This document shows positions 9,408-18,549 of a stretch of 29,792 bases of DNA, piece by piece (positions within the stretch are counted from its first letter, which is position 1; every line of letters begins with the position of its first letter). A program made the position numbers and the translations under genes. Source of the DNA: Fidelibacterota bacterium (lineage in GTDB: Bacteria > Fidelibacterota > Marinisomatia > Marinisomatales > TCS55); the NCBI GenBank assembly GCA_046861385.1, contig JBHHTW010000028.1, positions 1 through 29,792 on the forward strand. The letters are read 5' to 3'. The notes beneath the pieces are model-generated. The model was not told the DNA's origin. It was given only the letters and a program-made list of their open reading frames with translations, and made no database searches.

Positions 9408-9766
9408 TCATTATCCTTATGGATTTCATTAAATAATTTCATCATATATTCCTCATGTTTAAGGGAGTCATCTTCATAAAATATTAATTCAGGTGTATTT
9501 TTCGTCCTGATTTCCTGTCCAAGATATTTTCTAAATGCTTTTGCTAGTGCATTTAACCCAGAATTCACACCTTCCCGGGATAATTTCTTATTCAAAACAC
9601 TGTAAAATACTTTTGCGTACCGAAGATCAGGAGAAACGATCACTTTTGTAAAAGTAACAAAGCCAAGATGGGAAATATTGATATGTTTCGTCGTTATTTC
9701 GCCTAGAATTTTCAATATTTGTAATCCGACGCGATCCGTCCGTTTATAAGGTTTTTGTATGGTCAA
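9404..9766 (-). CDS. rbfA: Ribosome-binding factor A
   Basis: RTDRV...VSPDLRYAKVF...TPELIFYEDDS; lies between infB and truB. Confidence 0.95.
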   Translation of the reverse strand: MTIQKPYKRTDRVGLQILKILGEITTKHINISHLGFVTFTKVIVSPDLRYAKVFYSVLNKKLSREGVNSGLNALAKAFRKYLGQEIRTKNTPELIFYEDDSLKHEEYMMKLFNEIHKDNE

Positions 9767-12177
9767 GTTGTAATAAGAGTCCGCTTTATTTTTTGGATTT
9801 CATAGACAACTATTTTATCATCTGTTTTGAATTTTTGAAAGCCTTCGACTCCAATACCGCATTCAAGACCTTCTTTCATTTCTTTCACATCATCTTTAAA
9901 ACGCTTCAATGAATTGATCGTTGATTCGTAGATAACTTCTTCATCGCGAATGATTCGTGCCTTTTCGCCCCGCTTAATGACTCCATCGTCCACTTTACTC
10001 CCGGCTATAAAACCAAGTTTTGGAATTTTAAATGTTTCTAATACAGTAGCATGTCCCAAAACATTCTCAACTTGTTCAGGTTCCAGTAAGCCCTCAAGGG
10101 CCAATTTCACATCTTCAACTGCATTGTATATCACATTATATGATCTAATTTCAACCCCTTCTTGTTTGGCAAGTAGTTTTGCATTTGAACTGATTTGTAC
10201 ATGAAACCCGATAATGACTGCATTCGATGCTGATGCGAGTAAAATATCTGATTCCGTAATCATACCCACCGCTTTATGAATTACTTGAACACCTACTTCT
10301 TCATGTTCGATTTTTTCCAAGGTTTCAGCTATTGCTTCTATTGAACCATCAACATCACCCTTAATCACTAGAGGAAGCATTTTAATTGAACCATCTTTAA
10401 TCATTGCTGACATGGCATCCAATGATTGAGTAATCACTCGTTTTTGTTCAATTTCTCGTTTTAATCGCTGACGATCTGCTGCGATCCGCTTTAAATCTTT
10501 TTCATTTTTAAAAACAGCAAATATTTCAGCAGCTTGAGGGACTTTTTCAAATCCTAATACTTGAACAGATTCCGATGGACCCGCCGACTCAATGCGCTGT
10601 CCACGTTCATTCATCATTGCTCTAACTTTTCCTGGATAATTGCTGCAAAGGAACGAATCTGTTACTTTTAACGTTCCTTTTTGAATTAATACAGTTGCTA
10701 TTGGACCATGTCCTCTATCCAGTTTTGAGTCTATGATGGTTCCCCGTGCCTCTGTATCCGGATTTGCTTTTAATTCTAAAACTTCAGCTTCTAATAATAT
10801 TGAATTCATTAATTCCTCAACACCATCACCGTGTTTTGCTGAAATGGGTATTGCTTGAATTTTGCCACCCCAGTCCTCTACTAAAACTTCATGCTCCGAT
10901 AATTCTCTTTTCACCCGGTCTGGATCAGCTGCCGGTAAATCCATTTTATTTATGGCGATAATTAAGGGTACTTCTGCAGCTTTTGCATGGTCAATTGCTT
11001 CAATTGTTTGAGGCATTACACCATCATTTGCTGCAACCACTACCACGACGATATCTGTGATTTGAGCTCCTCTTGCACGCATGGCAGTGAATGCTTCATG
11101 TCCAGGTGTGTCTAAAAATGTAATTTGTTGGTTGTCACCCACATGAACCTTATAAGCACCAATATGTTGGGTAATACCGCCGGATTCTCCCGCAACCACA
11201 TTTGTTTTTCTGATAAAATCTAATAGAGATGTTTTACCATGGTCAACATGCCCCATAATAGTCACGACCGGTGGACGTGGTTTAGCGTTAGCAATGTCTT
11301 CTTCAGTATCTTCTGTTAAAAATAATTCCTCACCGACGTTTATAAATTTTTCCGCTACTAAATCAAATGAATCTGCCAATAGTTCAATAACTTCCCAATC
11401 AAGTCTTTGATTCATGGTTACCAATTTTCCCAGACCCAAACATTCTTGAATAATTTGACTTGCGTTTACTTCGAATATTTTACTGAGTTCTTCAACATTA
11501 GAAAATTCTGCAACTTTTACAGTTTTTTTCTCGTTTTCGCCAAGCTGTTCTTCTTCATATTTTTTATCTTTTTTATACTGTTTTTTCTTCCCCTTAGTAT
11601 CTATTTTTGATAAGGTTTGTTTCACAGCGTCTTTTACACTTTTTTTAATTGGTTTATTTTTTTTATCGGCTTCTTTCTTTTTTGGTCGCGATGTTTGTCC
11701 AATTTGTGCCTCAATTTCTGAGAGGTCAATTTTTCGCATTTTTTGCTTTTTAGGCTTTTTGAGTTTCTTTTTTTCTTCTTCTTTAATTTTTTGTTCTGCT
11801 TCTTTTTTCTTTTTCTGCTCTTCTTCTCTTTGCTTTTCCTCCTCTTTTCTTTTCTTTTCCTGTTCCGCTGTAGTATTTTTTTCTACTTCTTCAATTTTTC
11901 GCTGTTCATCTAACGATAAAAGATTAATTTTTTTTGAAACTTTTTGTTGTTCAATAATTCTGGAATGATGAATTTCTCGTCTCACCTGCTCTTTTCTATA
12001 TCGAGCAATACTTGCCATATCTTTTGCAAATTCAGATTCAATAAGGGTCACCGTTTCTTCATCAACAGGTGACATGTGGCTCGCGACATCTATACCGTGA
12101 TCTTTAAGAAAATTTACTATTTCAGTGTGAGAAATATTCAGCTCTTTTGCAATTTGAAATATGCGACGTTTTGCCAT
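9763..12177 (-). CDS. infB: Translation initiation factor IF-2
   Basis: RPPVVTIMGHVDHGKTSLLD, GGITQHIGAY, DTPGHEAF, NKMD; K/E-rich N-terminal linker. Confidence 0.98.
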   Translation of the reverse strand: MAKRRIFQIAKELNISHTEIVNFLKDHGIDVASHMSPVDEETVTLIESEFAKDMASIARYRKEQVRREIHHSRIIEQQKVSKKINLLSLDEQRKIEEVEKNTTAEQEKKRKEEEKQREEEQKKKKEAEQKIKEEEKKKLKKPKKQKMRKIDLSEIEAQIGQTSRPKKKEADKKNKPIKKSVKDAVKQTLSKIDTKGKKKQYKKDKKYEEEQLGENEKKTVKVAEFSNVEELSKIFEVNASQIIQECLGLGKLVTMNQRLDWEVIELLADSFDLVAEKFINVGEELFLTEDTEEDIANAKPRPPVVTIMGHVDHGKTSLLDFIRKTNVVAGESGGITQHIGAYKVHVGDNQQITFLDTPGHEAFTAMRARGAQITDIVVVVVAANDGVMPQTIEAIDHAKAAEVPLIIAINKMDLPAADPDRVKRELSEHEVLVEDWGGKIQAIPISAKHGDGVEELMNSILLEAEVLELKANPDTEARGTIIDSKLDRGHGPIATVLIQKGTLKVTDSFLCSNYPGKVRAMMNERGQRIESAGPSESVQVLGFEKVPQAAEIFAVFKNEKDLKRIAADRQRLKREIEQKRVITQSLDAMSAMIKDGSIKMLPLVIKGDVDGSIEAIAETLEKIEHEEVGVQVIHKAVGMITESDILLASASNAVIIGFHVQISSNAKLLAKQEGVEIRSYNVIYNAVEDVKLALEGLLEPEQVENVLGHATVLETFKIPKLGFIAGSKVDDGVIKRGEKARIIRDEEVIYESTINSLKRFKDDVKEMKEGLECGIGVEGFQKFKTDDKIVVYEIQKIKRTLITT

Positions 12178-12180
12178 GAT

Positions 12181-13641
12181 TTATGACTCTATATCTTCCA
12201 TTTTTATTTCAGAATCTTCAATAGAATCATCAGTTACAGATGTGTCAGATTCATTTGTGTTATTTTTTAATTCTTCAGACTTTTCTTTTAATTCAATACT
12301 TTTTTCCCTTTGATCACCTTCATTATTTTCTGATTTACTCTCATCAGCGAGGATTTCTTCTATATTCAATTCGTCCTCTTCCACTTCTTCTTGCTCTATC
12401 CGTTCAATAAAGGCTTGAACAATGTTAAAAGACATTTCCAAGTTTTCGCTATCAAAACCGTCGATTGCCAACAACTTATTTTCATCAGTATTAAGTAAAT
12501 CAGATACGGTCTTTATATTATTATTGGCTAATAATTTTGCAAATTCTTCATTGAAATCTGGAACATCTTCCAATGCTGTAGCTTGATCACTTTGCTGACG
12601 CTCATATTCATTTTTGCTGTATGCATCAATTTTATATCCTGTAACTTTCGAGGCAAGATTTATATTGACACCTCCTTTACCAATTGCAAATTCCAGATCA
12701 TTTTCATTGAATAGGGCCACACAGTATTTTCGATCGTCATCGATGTAAAGATCGATAGGTTTCGCAGGCGACAACGCTCTTGAAATTAATATTTCTGATT
12801 GATCGCTATGGTTAATAATGTCAATTTTTTCATTATTTAATTCCCTCACAATGGCTTGTATCCTGCTGCCGCGCATACCGACACATGCACCCACAGGATC
12901 AATTCTTCTATCTTGTGATTTTACAATAATTTTGGCCCGATCACCCGGATGACGGGCAATGGCTAATATTTCAATAATTCCATCGTCAATTTCCGGCACT
13001 TCCATTTCAAATAATTTGAAAAGAAAATGGTTGTCACTTCTTGATACAACTATTTCTGGTCCACGCGGTGTCACTTCTACTGATTTAACTACTGTTCTTA
13101 TTGTATCTCCCCTGCGATAACGCTCGGAATGAATTTGTTCATTTCGTGGCATCCTCAGTTCTGCTTGTTCGATATTAATAAAAATATTTTCACGCTGTAC
13201 TTGGTGTACAACACCAATGACGATTTCGCCAATTCTTTGAGCGTAATCTTCATAAATATAATGCTTTTCAACATCTTGGATGCGTTGACTGAAAAATTGT
13301 TTGGCAGTATTAACCATTCTTCGACCAAAAATACGTGGGTCTATTACTTCAACAAATACGTCACCAATTTCAAAATCTTCATCGGGTAATTCTTTTTGAG
13401 CGTCCTCCAATAATATTTCTAATACTGGGTCTTCTATTTTATCAACAATCGTTCTCTCCGCATATATCTCTATCTCACCCTTATCTATATTTATAATTAC
13501 GCTGCAATTAGAATTTTCTCCACGCTCCTTCTCAATTATGTAAAGAAAAAGTTGTTCAAGAATACTTCCAAGTTCAGATCGCTCAACGTTCTTTTCCCTG
13601 GCTATTTCTGAAAAAACTTCTATTAATTCTCGGTTGATCAC
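12181..13641 (-). CDS. nusA: Transcription termination/antitermination factor NusA
   Basis: S1 and KH domains (LFEMEVPEI, DPVGACVGMRGSRI, AIGKGGVN); GTG start with GGAG RBS; acidic tail. Confidence 0.97.
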   Translation of the reverse strand: MINRELIEVFSEIAREKNVERSELGSILEQLFLYIIEKERGENSNCSVIINIDKGEIEIYAERTIVDKIEDPVLEILLEDAQKELPDEDFEIGDVFVEVIDPRIFGRRMVNTAKQFFSQRIQDVEKHYIYEDYAQRIGEIVIGVVHQVQRENIFINIEQAELRMPRNEQIHSERYRRGDTIRTVVKSVEVTPRGPEIVVSRSDNHFLFKLFEMEVPEIDDGIIEILAIARHPGDRAKIIVKSQDRRIDPVGACVGMRGSRIQAIVRELNNEKIDIINHSDQSEILISRALSPAKPIDLYIDDDRKYCVALFNENDLEFAIGKGGVNINLASKVTGYKIDAYSKNEYERQQSDQATALEDVPDFNEEFAKLLANNNIKTVSDLLNTDENKLLAIDGFDSENLEMSFNIVQAFIERIEQEEVEEDELNIEEILADESKSENNEGDQREKSIELKEKSEELKNNTNESDTSVTDDSIEDSEIKMEDIES

Positions 13642-13654
13642 TTTGACTCCATAT

Positions 13655-14092
13655 TCATTTAAATTGAATGACTACTTTTGTATCTAAAATTTTTGTCAAT
13701 GATAATTGAAATTGGCCTCTATTTTTATTTCGAAGAAAAAGGGTTTCTCCATCAAAACCACTTAATTCTGCTTTGACGTTTTTTTTATATCCATCCTTAT
13801 CATAAATGATATTAAGCCTTCTTCCAACATTCTTCCTGAATTGAAAAGGTTGTGTAAATGATTCGGTGATACCGAATGAAGTGACTTCCAGCGATGCACC
13901 GTCAGGATAATAATTGTCCAAAATGCCCGAATTTTGAATAGTTTTGGATATCCGGGTCGTGTCAACGAGTGAAATAGGGTTTTCACTATCTATAATGCAA
14001 CGAATTAATCCTTTATGTGGATCTTCTTTCATATCCATCAAATAGAATCCTCTCGGAAGCATATTCCTAATATTATTTCTCAATTCATCCAT
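13655..14092 (-). CDS. rimP: Ribosome maturation factor RimP (divergent)
   Basis: Directly upstream of nusA; LEVTSFG...QFRKNVGR resembles the LEVSSPG...F..GR motif; 145 aa. Confidence 0.85.
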   Translation of the reverse strand: MDELRNNIRNMLPRGFYLMDMKEDPHKGLIRCIIDSENPISLVDTTRISKTIQNSGILDNYYPDGASLEVTSFGITESFTQPFQFRKNVGRRLNIIYDKDGYKKNVKAELSGFDGETLFLRNKNRGQFQLSLTKILDTKVVIQFK

Positions 14093-14103
14093 GTCTATAC
14101 ATA

Positions 14104-14132
14104 CGAAAAGTGGGCACGCAACCCACTTTTCG
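14104..14132 (-). promoter_or_regulatory. rimP leader hairpin
   Basis: Perfect 11-bp inverted repeat CGAAAAGTGGG-7 nt-CCCACTTTTCG, 11 nt upstream of the rimP start; matches the AGTGGG...CCCACT hairpin commonly seen before rimP. Confidence 0.8.
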
Positions 14133-14138
14133 GGCGGA

Positions 14139-14167
14139 AAATTAAGTTCTAATAATTAGGTTTACAA
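14139..14167 (-). promoter_or_regulatory. Putative sigma70 promoter of the rimP-nusA-infB operon
   Basis: TTGTAA-17 nt-TAATTT followed by GC-rich discriminator TCCGCCCG. Confidence 0.6.
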
Positions 14168-14184
14168 GGTTAATGTTTCTCAGA

Positions 14185-14871
14185 TTATTCGTCTGAATTG
14201 ACTTGACTTAAACGGCCTGTAATCTCATCGATTTTATTTTGAACATTCTTATCAACATCTCCATGCTTTAAAATGCTATCCAGCAATAATTTAGATTCTT
14301 TATATTTGCCTATTTCTAAATAAAATTTAGCAAGGTTGAGTTGGGTTTGAATTTTTTGAAAATTCGTAGTAGAAGCGGAAATGGCTCGTTGATAGTATTC
14401 AGCCGCGGATTCAATATTTGAGTTGTTCTTTTCAATTTCTGCCAGTAGAGTTAGAGCGCTGGCATGAAATTCATCTGACGGATCCTCAATAAATTCATTT
14501 AGATACGATTTTGCTGTCAAATAATCTTCAATTTCATAATAATTCTTACCGAGTAAAAATAACCCTTTTTGAGCTGGTTTTGAGCCTGAGAAATCATCAA
14601 CCAATAGTTCCAATTTCAACCGTCCATCATCCTTATCACCTTTTGTTAGACTAACCAATGCCTTTCCCAAAGCTGTTTCAGCAGCCTGGTTTTGTGTTAG
14701 TTTTTTATTATATATGTACGTAACGACGATAACCCCTAAAACTATCCCTATAGATAGTTGGATGATCTTCTGCTTGTTATTACTAAAAAACATTTTTATA
14801 GAATATAATCCTTCTAAAAATGGATCTTTTTGAATTTCTCTTCTTGTTATCTTTTTTCTTGCTTTGAACAT
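14185..14871 (-). CDS. Membrane-anchored tetratricopeptide-repeat protein (YfgM-like architecture)
   Basis: Basic N-terminus, one TM helix, TPR-like helices (LFLLGKNYYEIEDYLTAK, AAEYYQRAI, LNLAKFYLEIGKY). Start ATG 14871 with GGAG RBS; the ORF-track start lies inside tRNA-Arg. Confidence 0.75.
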   Translation of the reverse strand: MFKARKKITRREIQKDPFLEGLYSIKMFFSNNKQKIIQLSIGIVLGVIVVTYIYNKKLTQNQAAETALGKALVSLTKGDKDDGRLKLELLVDDFSGSKPAQKGLFLLGKNYYEIEDYLTAKSYLNEFIEDPSDEFHASALTLLAEIEKNNSNIESAAEYYQRAISASTTNFQKIQTQLNLAKFYLEIGKYKESKLLLDSILKHGDVDKNVQNKIDEITGRLSQVNSDE

Positions 14872-14903
14872 TGTTGTTTCATCTCCAATGAATGATTGTA
14901 TAT

Positions 14904-14980
14904 TGGTGCCCACAAGAGGAGTCGAACCTCTGACACCAGGTTTAGGAAACCTGTGCTCTATCCTACTGAGCTATGTGGGC
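14904..14980 (-). tRNA. tRNA-Arg(CCT)
   Basis: GCCCACATAGCTCAGTAGGATAGAGCA-CAGGT TT CCT AA ACCTG-GTGTCAGAGGTTCGACTCCTCTTGTGGGCACCA; anticodon CCT; CCA encoded. Confidence 0.97.
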
Positions 14981-15035
14981 AAATCCGGCGGAAAAATTAC
15001 AATAATAGACTAATTGAAAAAATAGGCAAAACTGG

Positions 15036-16037
15036 TTAATATTGTTCAGATACCAGGTCTCTATTCATGAGCTCAATTACAGCGTTACTCGGATCCATTT
15101 TATTATATATTACATCGTAGACAGTCTTGGATATGGGCATTTCAACTTGATACTTTTCACATAATTGATAAACTACCTCAGCGGTCTTGACGCCTTCAGC
15201 CACCATAACCATTTTTGAAAGAATATCTTTAATTTTCTTTCCTTTTCCAATTTCTTCACCCACAAATCTGTTCCGGCTATATTTACTTGAACATGTAACA
15301 AAAAGATCGCCAATACCGCTTAAACCAGCAAATGTACTCTCTCTTGCGCCCATAGCAACCCCCAATCGAGTGATTTCTGCAATCCCTCTGGTTAAAATGG
15401 CTGCTTTAGTGTTATCTCCAAATCCAATTCCATCACATATTCCTGCTGCGATTGCGATAACATTTTTTAACGAACCACCCAATTCAACCCCAAGAATGTC
15501 AGAATTGGTATAAACACGTAAGAAATTGGATGAAAATAGCTCCTGAACTTCTCGTGCATAATTATGATTTAAAGATGCAGCAACCAAAGTAGTTGGGATT
15601 TTTCTAATCACTTCTTCAGCATGACTTGGACCATACAGAGAAACTACATTGTTTTGGTCTTGATTTAATTCTTCACAAATAACCTGACTCATGGTTAATA
15701 ATGTTTTCTGCTCAAGTCCTTTGGCAGCATTCACAATAATTGAGTCATGTATATTATAGTCGCTTAAATGTCGGATTAATTCTCTGACTCCATGGGAAGG
15801 GACAGCCACAACAATGAATCGTGCATCTTTGACGGACAATTTAAGGTTTGAAGTAAAATTAATTTTTTTATGTACTTTATAATTGCTTATTAAAGGGTGA
15901 ATTTTATTTCTTTGAATCTTGAGTATTTTCTTATTGTTACGTTGCCACATAATGACTTTATGACCCAAATTAATTAAACCATCCCCTAAAGCGATTCCCC
16001 AACTTCCAGTGCCTAAAATTGTAATGCTGCTCATCAT
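15036..16037 (-). CDS. gpsA: NAD(P)H-dependent glycerol-3-phosphate dehydrogenase
   Basis: GTGSWG, AVPSH, AKGLE, GPSHAEEV, GGSLKNVIAIAAG, GDLFVTC, SRN, AEGV. Confidence 0.96.
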   Translation of the reverse strand: MMSSITILGTGSWGIALGDGLINLGHKVIMWQRNNKKILKIQRNKIHPLISNYKVHKKINFTSNLKLSVKDARFIVVAVPSHGVRELIRHLSDYNIHDSIIVNAAKGLEQKTLLTMSQVICEELNQDQNNVVSLYGPSHAEEVIRKIPTTLVAASLNHNYAREVQELFSSNFLRVYTNSDILGVELGGSLKNVIAIAAGICDGIGFGDNTKAAILTRGIAEITRLGVAMGARESTFAGLSGIGDLFVTCSSKYSRNRFVGEEIGKGKKIKDILSKMVMVAEGVKTAEVVYQLCEKYQVEMPISKTVYDVIYNKMDPSNAVIELMNRDLVSEQY

Positions 16038-16058
16038 ATTTCTAATATATATATTATG

Positions 16059-17840
16059 TTATACCTTATATATACTATCTATTAATTCTGCGTACTTTTT
16101 TTCAACTACTTTACGTTTTACTTTAAGTGTAGGAGTTAACTCTCCGGAGTCAACAGACCATTCATCAGGAACCAATTTGAATTTCTTTACGGATTCATAT
16201 TTAGCAAAGTTTTTCATGGCTTCTCTCACTTCTTTTTCAAACAATTGAATCGTTTTTGGATTGTTAAGATAATCATTGTTTATTCCTTCTTCTACAGCCC
16301 ATTGGTTCAAGTTCTCAAAGGCGGGAACAATCAACGCGGATATAAAGTTTCTTTTATCTCCTATTACAATTGACTGTTCAATATATTTCGATAATATTAG
16401 TGCATTTTCCATTGGAGCCGGAGCAACATTTTTTCCTCCTGATGTTACGATTAGGTTCTTTTTTCTATCGGTAATACGGAGAAATCCATCCTCATCAATT
16501 TCACCGATGTCACCAGTATGAAACCAATTATTCTCGTCAATGACTTCAGCTGTTGCCTCTGGATTATTAAAATAACCAACCATTACATTATCCCCGCGAC
16601 ATAAAATTTCGCCATCTTCCGCAATTTTAATTTCTACGCCTTCAATGGGTTTACCCACCGTTCCAAATTTGACTTTATTTGGAGTATTGATCGATATCAC
16701 CGGGCTCGTTTCAGTCAACCCATAGCCTTCCAGAATAAGAATCGTAGCTGAAGCAAAAAATTCTGCGATTTCTTTCGATAACGGAGCTCCGCCAGACGCA
16801 AAAAACCTTAAACGACCTCCAACTTTTTCCTTAATTTTGGAAAATACTAATTTTTCAGCCAATCCAAATTTAAGACCAAGCATTCCTGTTGGCCGCTCTT
16901 GTTTAAGTAAAAATGGGGTTGCCAGTTTCCCAATTTTTATTGCCCACCAAAATATTTTTTGTCTGATTGCCGGGTCATTATTTACTTTATCAATAATTTT
17001 TGCATACATCTTCTCATAGAGACGAGGAACACTCGTCATAATCGTCGGTCTCACTTCTACCATATTTTCACCAACGGACTCAATTGATTCTGCGTAATAA
17101 ATTCTTGCCCCACCGGAGAATGCAGAAAAATGACCGGCCATTCTTTCGTACGAGTGACTTAGAGGTAGAAAAGAAAGCAGGACATCTTGATTGCCAATAT
17201 TTATGGCTTTGCGTCCGTTGACAATATTTGATACCAAGTTTTTATGAGACAGCATCGCCCCTTTCGGATTCCCCGTAGTACCGCTAGTATATATTAACGT
17301 TAGTAAATCATTCTCATTGATGGATTGACTATGATCTTTCAAATCAAAACCGGATTCATTTTTAAATGATTTACCTTTTTCCATCAATGATGAAAATCCG
17401 ATCACATCCTGCCATGATTGATCACCATCGTTCATCAGGATAAACCCCTTAAAATTTGGACATTCTTCAACCAGCGATTTGGTTTTCTCTAATTGCTCTT
17501 CATTCTCCACAAAAGCATATTTTGTTTCAGAATCATTAAAGATAAATTTGATATGTGGATTGGTTAATGTGGGATAAACGGTCACAATAATAGCACCGAG
17601 TCCGGAAATACTATAATCTGCAATAGCCCATCGAGATGAATTATTGGATAAAATGGCAATTTTATCTCCTCTTTTGATACCGAGTGATTTTAATCCGGAT
17701 CCAACCAATTCAACCGCTTCACCGATTTCTTTAAAGGTTTTCCCTTCCCAAACACCATTTACTTTATCAAATAAACTATATTTGTCTGCGTTATTTTCAA
17801 CAGTCTGAAAAAACATTTCTGGAATTGTTTTGTAGGTCAT
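16059..17840 (-). CDS. fadD: Long-chain-fatty-acid--CoA ligase (AMP-binding, FAA1/FadD15 type)
   Basis: IYTSGTTGNPKG, FLPLSHSYER, EGYGLTETSP, WFHTGDIG, ITDRKKNLIVTSGGKN, LTPTLKVKR; AGGAG RBS. Confidence 0.93.
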   Translation of the reverse strand: MTYKTIPEMFFQTVENNADKYSLFDKVNGVWEGKTFKEIGEAVELVGSGLKSLGIKRGDKIAILSNNSSRWAIADYSISGLGAIIVTVYPTLTNPHIKFIFNDSETKYAFVENEEQLEKTKSLVEECPNFKGFILMNDGDQSWQDVIGFSSLMEKGKSFKNESGFDLKDHSQSINENDLLTLIYTSGTTGNPKGAMLSHKNLVSNIVNGRKAINIGNQDVLLSFLPLSHSYERMAGHFSAFSGGARIYYAESIESVGENMVEVRPTIMTSVPRLYEKMYAKIIDKVNNDPAIRQKIFWWAIKIGKLATPFLLKQERPTGMLGLKFGLAEKLVFSKIKEKVGGRLRFFASGGAPLSKEIAEFFASATILILEGYGLTETSPVISINTPNKVKFGTVGKPIEGVEIKIAEDGEILCRGDNVMVGYFNNPEATAEVIDENNWFHTGDIGEIDEDGFLRITDRKKNLIVTSGGKNVAPAPMENALILSKYIEQSIVIGDKRNFISALIVPAFENLNQWAVEEGINNDYLNNPKTIQLFEKEVREAMKNFAKYESVKKFKLVPDEWSVDSGELTPTLKVKRKVVEKKYAELIDSIYKV

Positions 17841-17920
17841 TTTAATAATTCTCCTATAATATTATGTGCAAATATATAGACATTATTGTTAATATTTCGT
17901 CTTATTTATGTACCATAATC

Positions 17921-18004
17921 GCCGGGGTGGCGGAATTGGTAGACGCGTTGGTCTCAAACACCAATGGGGGTAACCCCGTGCCGGTTCGACTCCGGCTCCC
18001 GGCA
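17921..18004 (+). tRNA. tRNA-Leu(CAA)
   Basis: GCCGGGGTGGCGGAATTGGTAGACGCG-TTGGT CT CAA AC ACCAA-long variable arm GGGGTAACCCC-GCCGGTTCGACTCCGGCTCCCGGCA; CCA not encoded. Confidence 0.97.
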
Positions 18005-18022
18005 CAATTTTCGATTTTTTTC

Positions 18023-18051
18023 TTGCATCTTCTCATTTAAACTTTTACTTT
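18023..18051 (+). promoter_or_regulatory. Putative sigma70 promoter of the candidate small RNA
   Basis: TTGCAT (18023-28)-17 nt-TACTTT (18046-51). Confidence 0.6.
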
Positions 18052-18057
18052 AAGCGT

Positions 18058-18146
18058 GAAGGTGCTGGTTTGGTACCTTTGGTATGTGGAAGGGGTAGAT
18101 ATTCACTTAGCACCGAGGTCTTCGTGAAATCTACCCCACTTTTTTT
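18058..18146 (+). ncRNA. Candidate structured small RNA with 5'-end/terminator-loop pseudoknot
   Basis: Relatively GC-rich island between a promoter and a T7 tract; stem GGGGTAGAT-(A)-TTCAC / GTGAA-ATCTACCCC; loop TTAGCACC complementary to 5' GGTGCTGG. Confidence 0.65.
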
Positions 18147-18478
18147 ATCTTAATTCCTTTTATACCTTCGGTTGACCCGCCATTTTCGTATAGGTTTTTG
18201 ATACATTCTATCAGCAACTTCACTTCAACTAATTCTTTAAGTTCGTTTTTTGATTCAAGTAAGCGATCCAAAGATTTTTCCAGTAAGTAATCACCACCCC
18301 TTTTTCGGCCACTGCTGTAATTCAAGTAGGCTCCAGTTAACATAATGAGTGGTTTTAAGAATAATTTTTTATTTTCATCTTTGACTTCCTTCCAACAATG
18401 CTCCCAGCTGATGTGAGCTTGATAATATTCCTGATCATTAAAATATTTAATCCCTTTATTGAATAATGCTAAGTCCAT
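18131..18478 (-). CDS. DUF309 family protein
   Basis: GIKYFNDQEYYQAHISWEHCW matches the F-N-...-Y-x-A-H-x-x-W-E-x-x-W pattern of DUF309. Confidence 0.8.
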   Translation of the reverse strand: MDLALFNKGIKYFNDQEYYQAHISWEHCWKEVKDENKKLFLKPLIMLTGAYLNYSSGRKRGGDYLLEKSLDRLLESKNELKELVEVKLLIECIKNLYENGGSTEGIKGIKIKKVG

Positions 18479-18491
18479 AATGTTTGTGAAT

Positions 18492-18520
18492 AAAAAAAGG
18501 GCTTCATAATAAAGCCCTTT
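18492..18520 (-). terminator. Intrinsic terminator (possibly bidirectional)
   Basis: AAAGGGCTT-7 nt-AAGCCCTTT with a T-run on the minus strand, ~30 nt after the 18550 stop. Confidence 0.75.
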
Positions 18521-18549
18521 AATTTTTCCTCAATTGAAATTGATAATCT

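Noticed and set aside
11520-11960. Low-complexity T/C-rich tract and the antisense ORF at 11759-11968
   Set aside because: Reverse complement of the K/E-rich IF2 linker; not a repeat array.
14872-14913. TPR gene apparently overlapping tRNA-Arg
   Set aside because: ATG 14871 with GGAG RBS removes the overlap.
18058-18146. HDV-like/theta ribozyme, SRP RNA or riboswitch identity for the small RNA
   Set aside because: Only ~6-7 nt separate the would-be P2 and P1' strands (no room for P3/L3); it is ~55 nt from the tRNA end; no SRP domain IV motif; no downstream gene on this strand.
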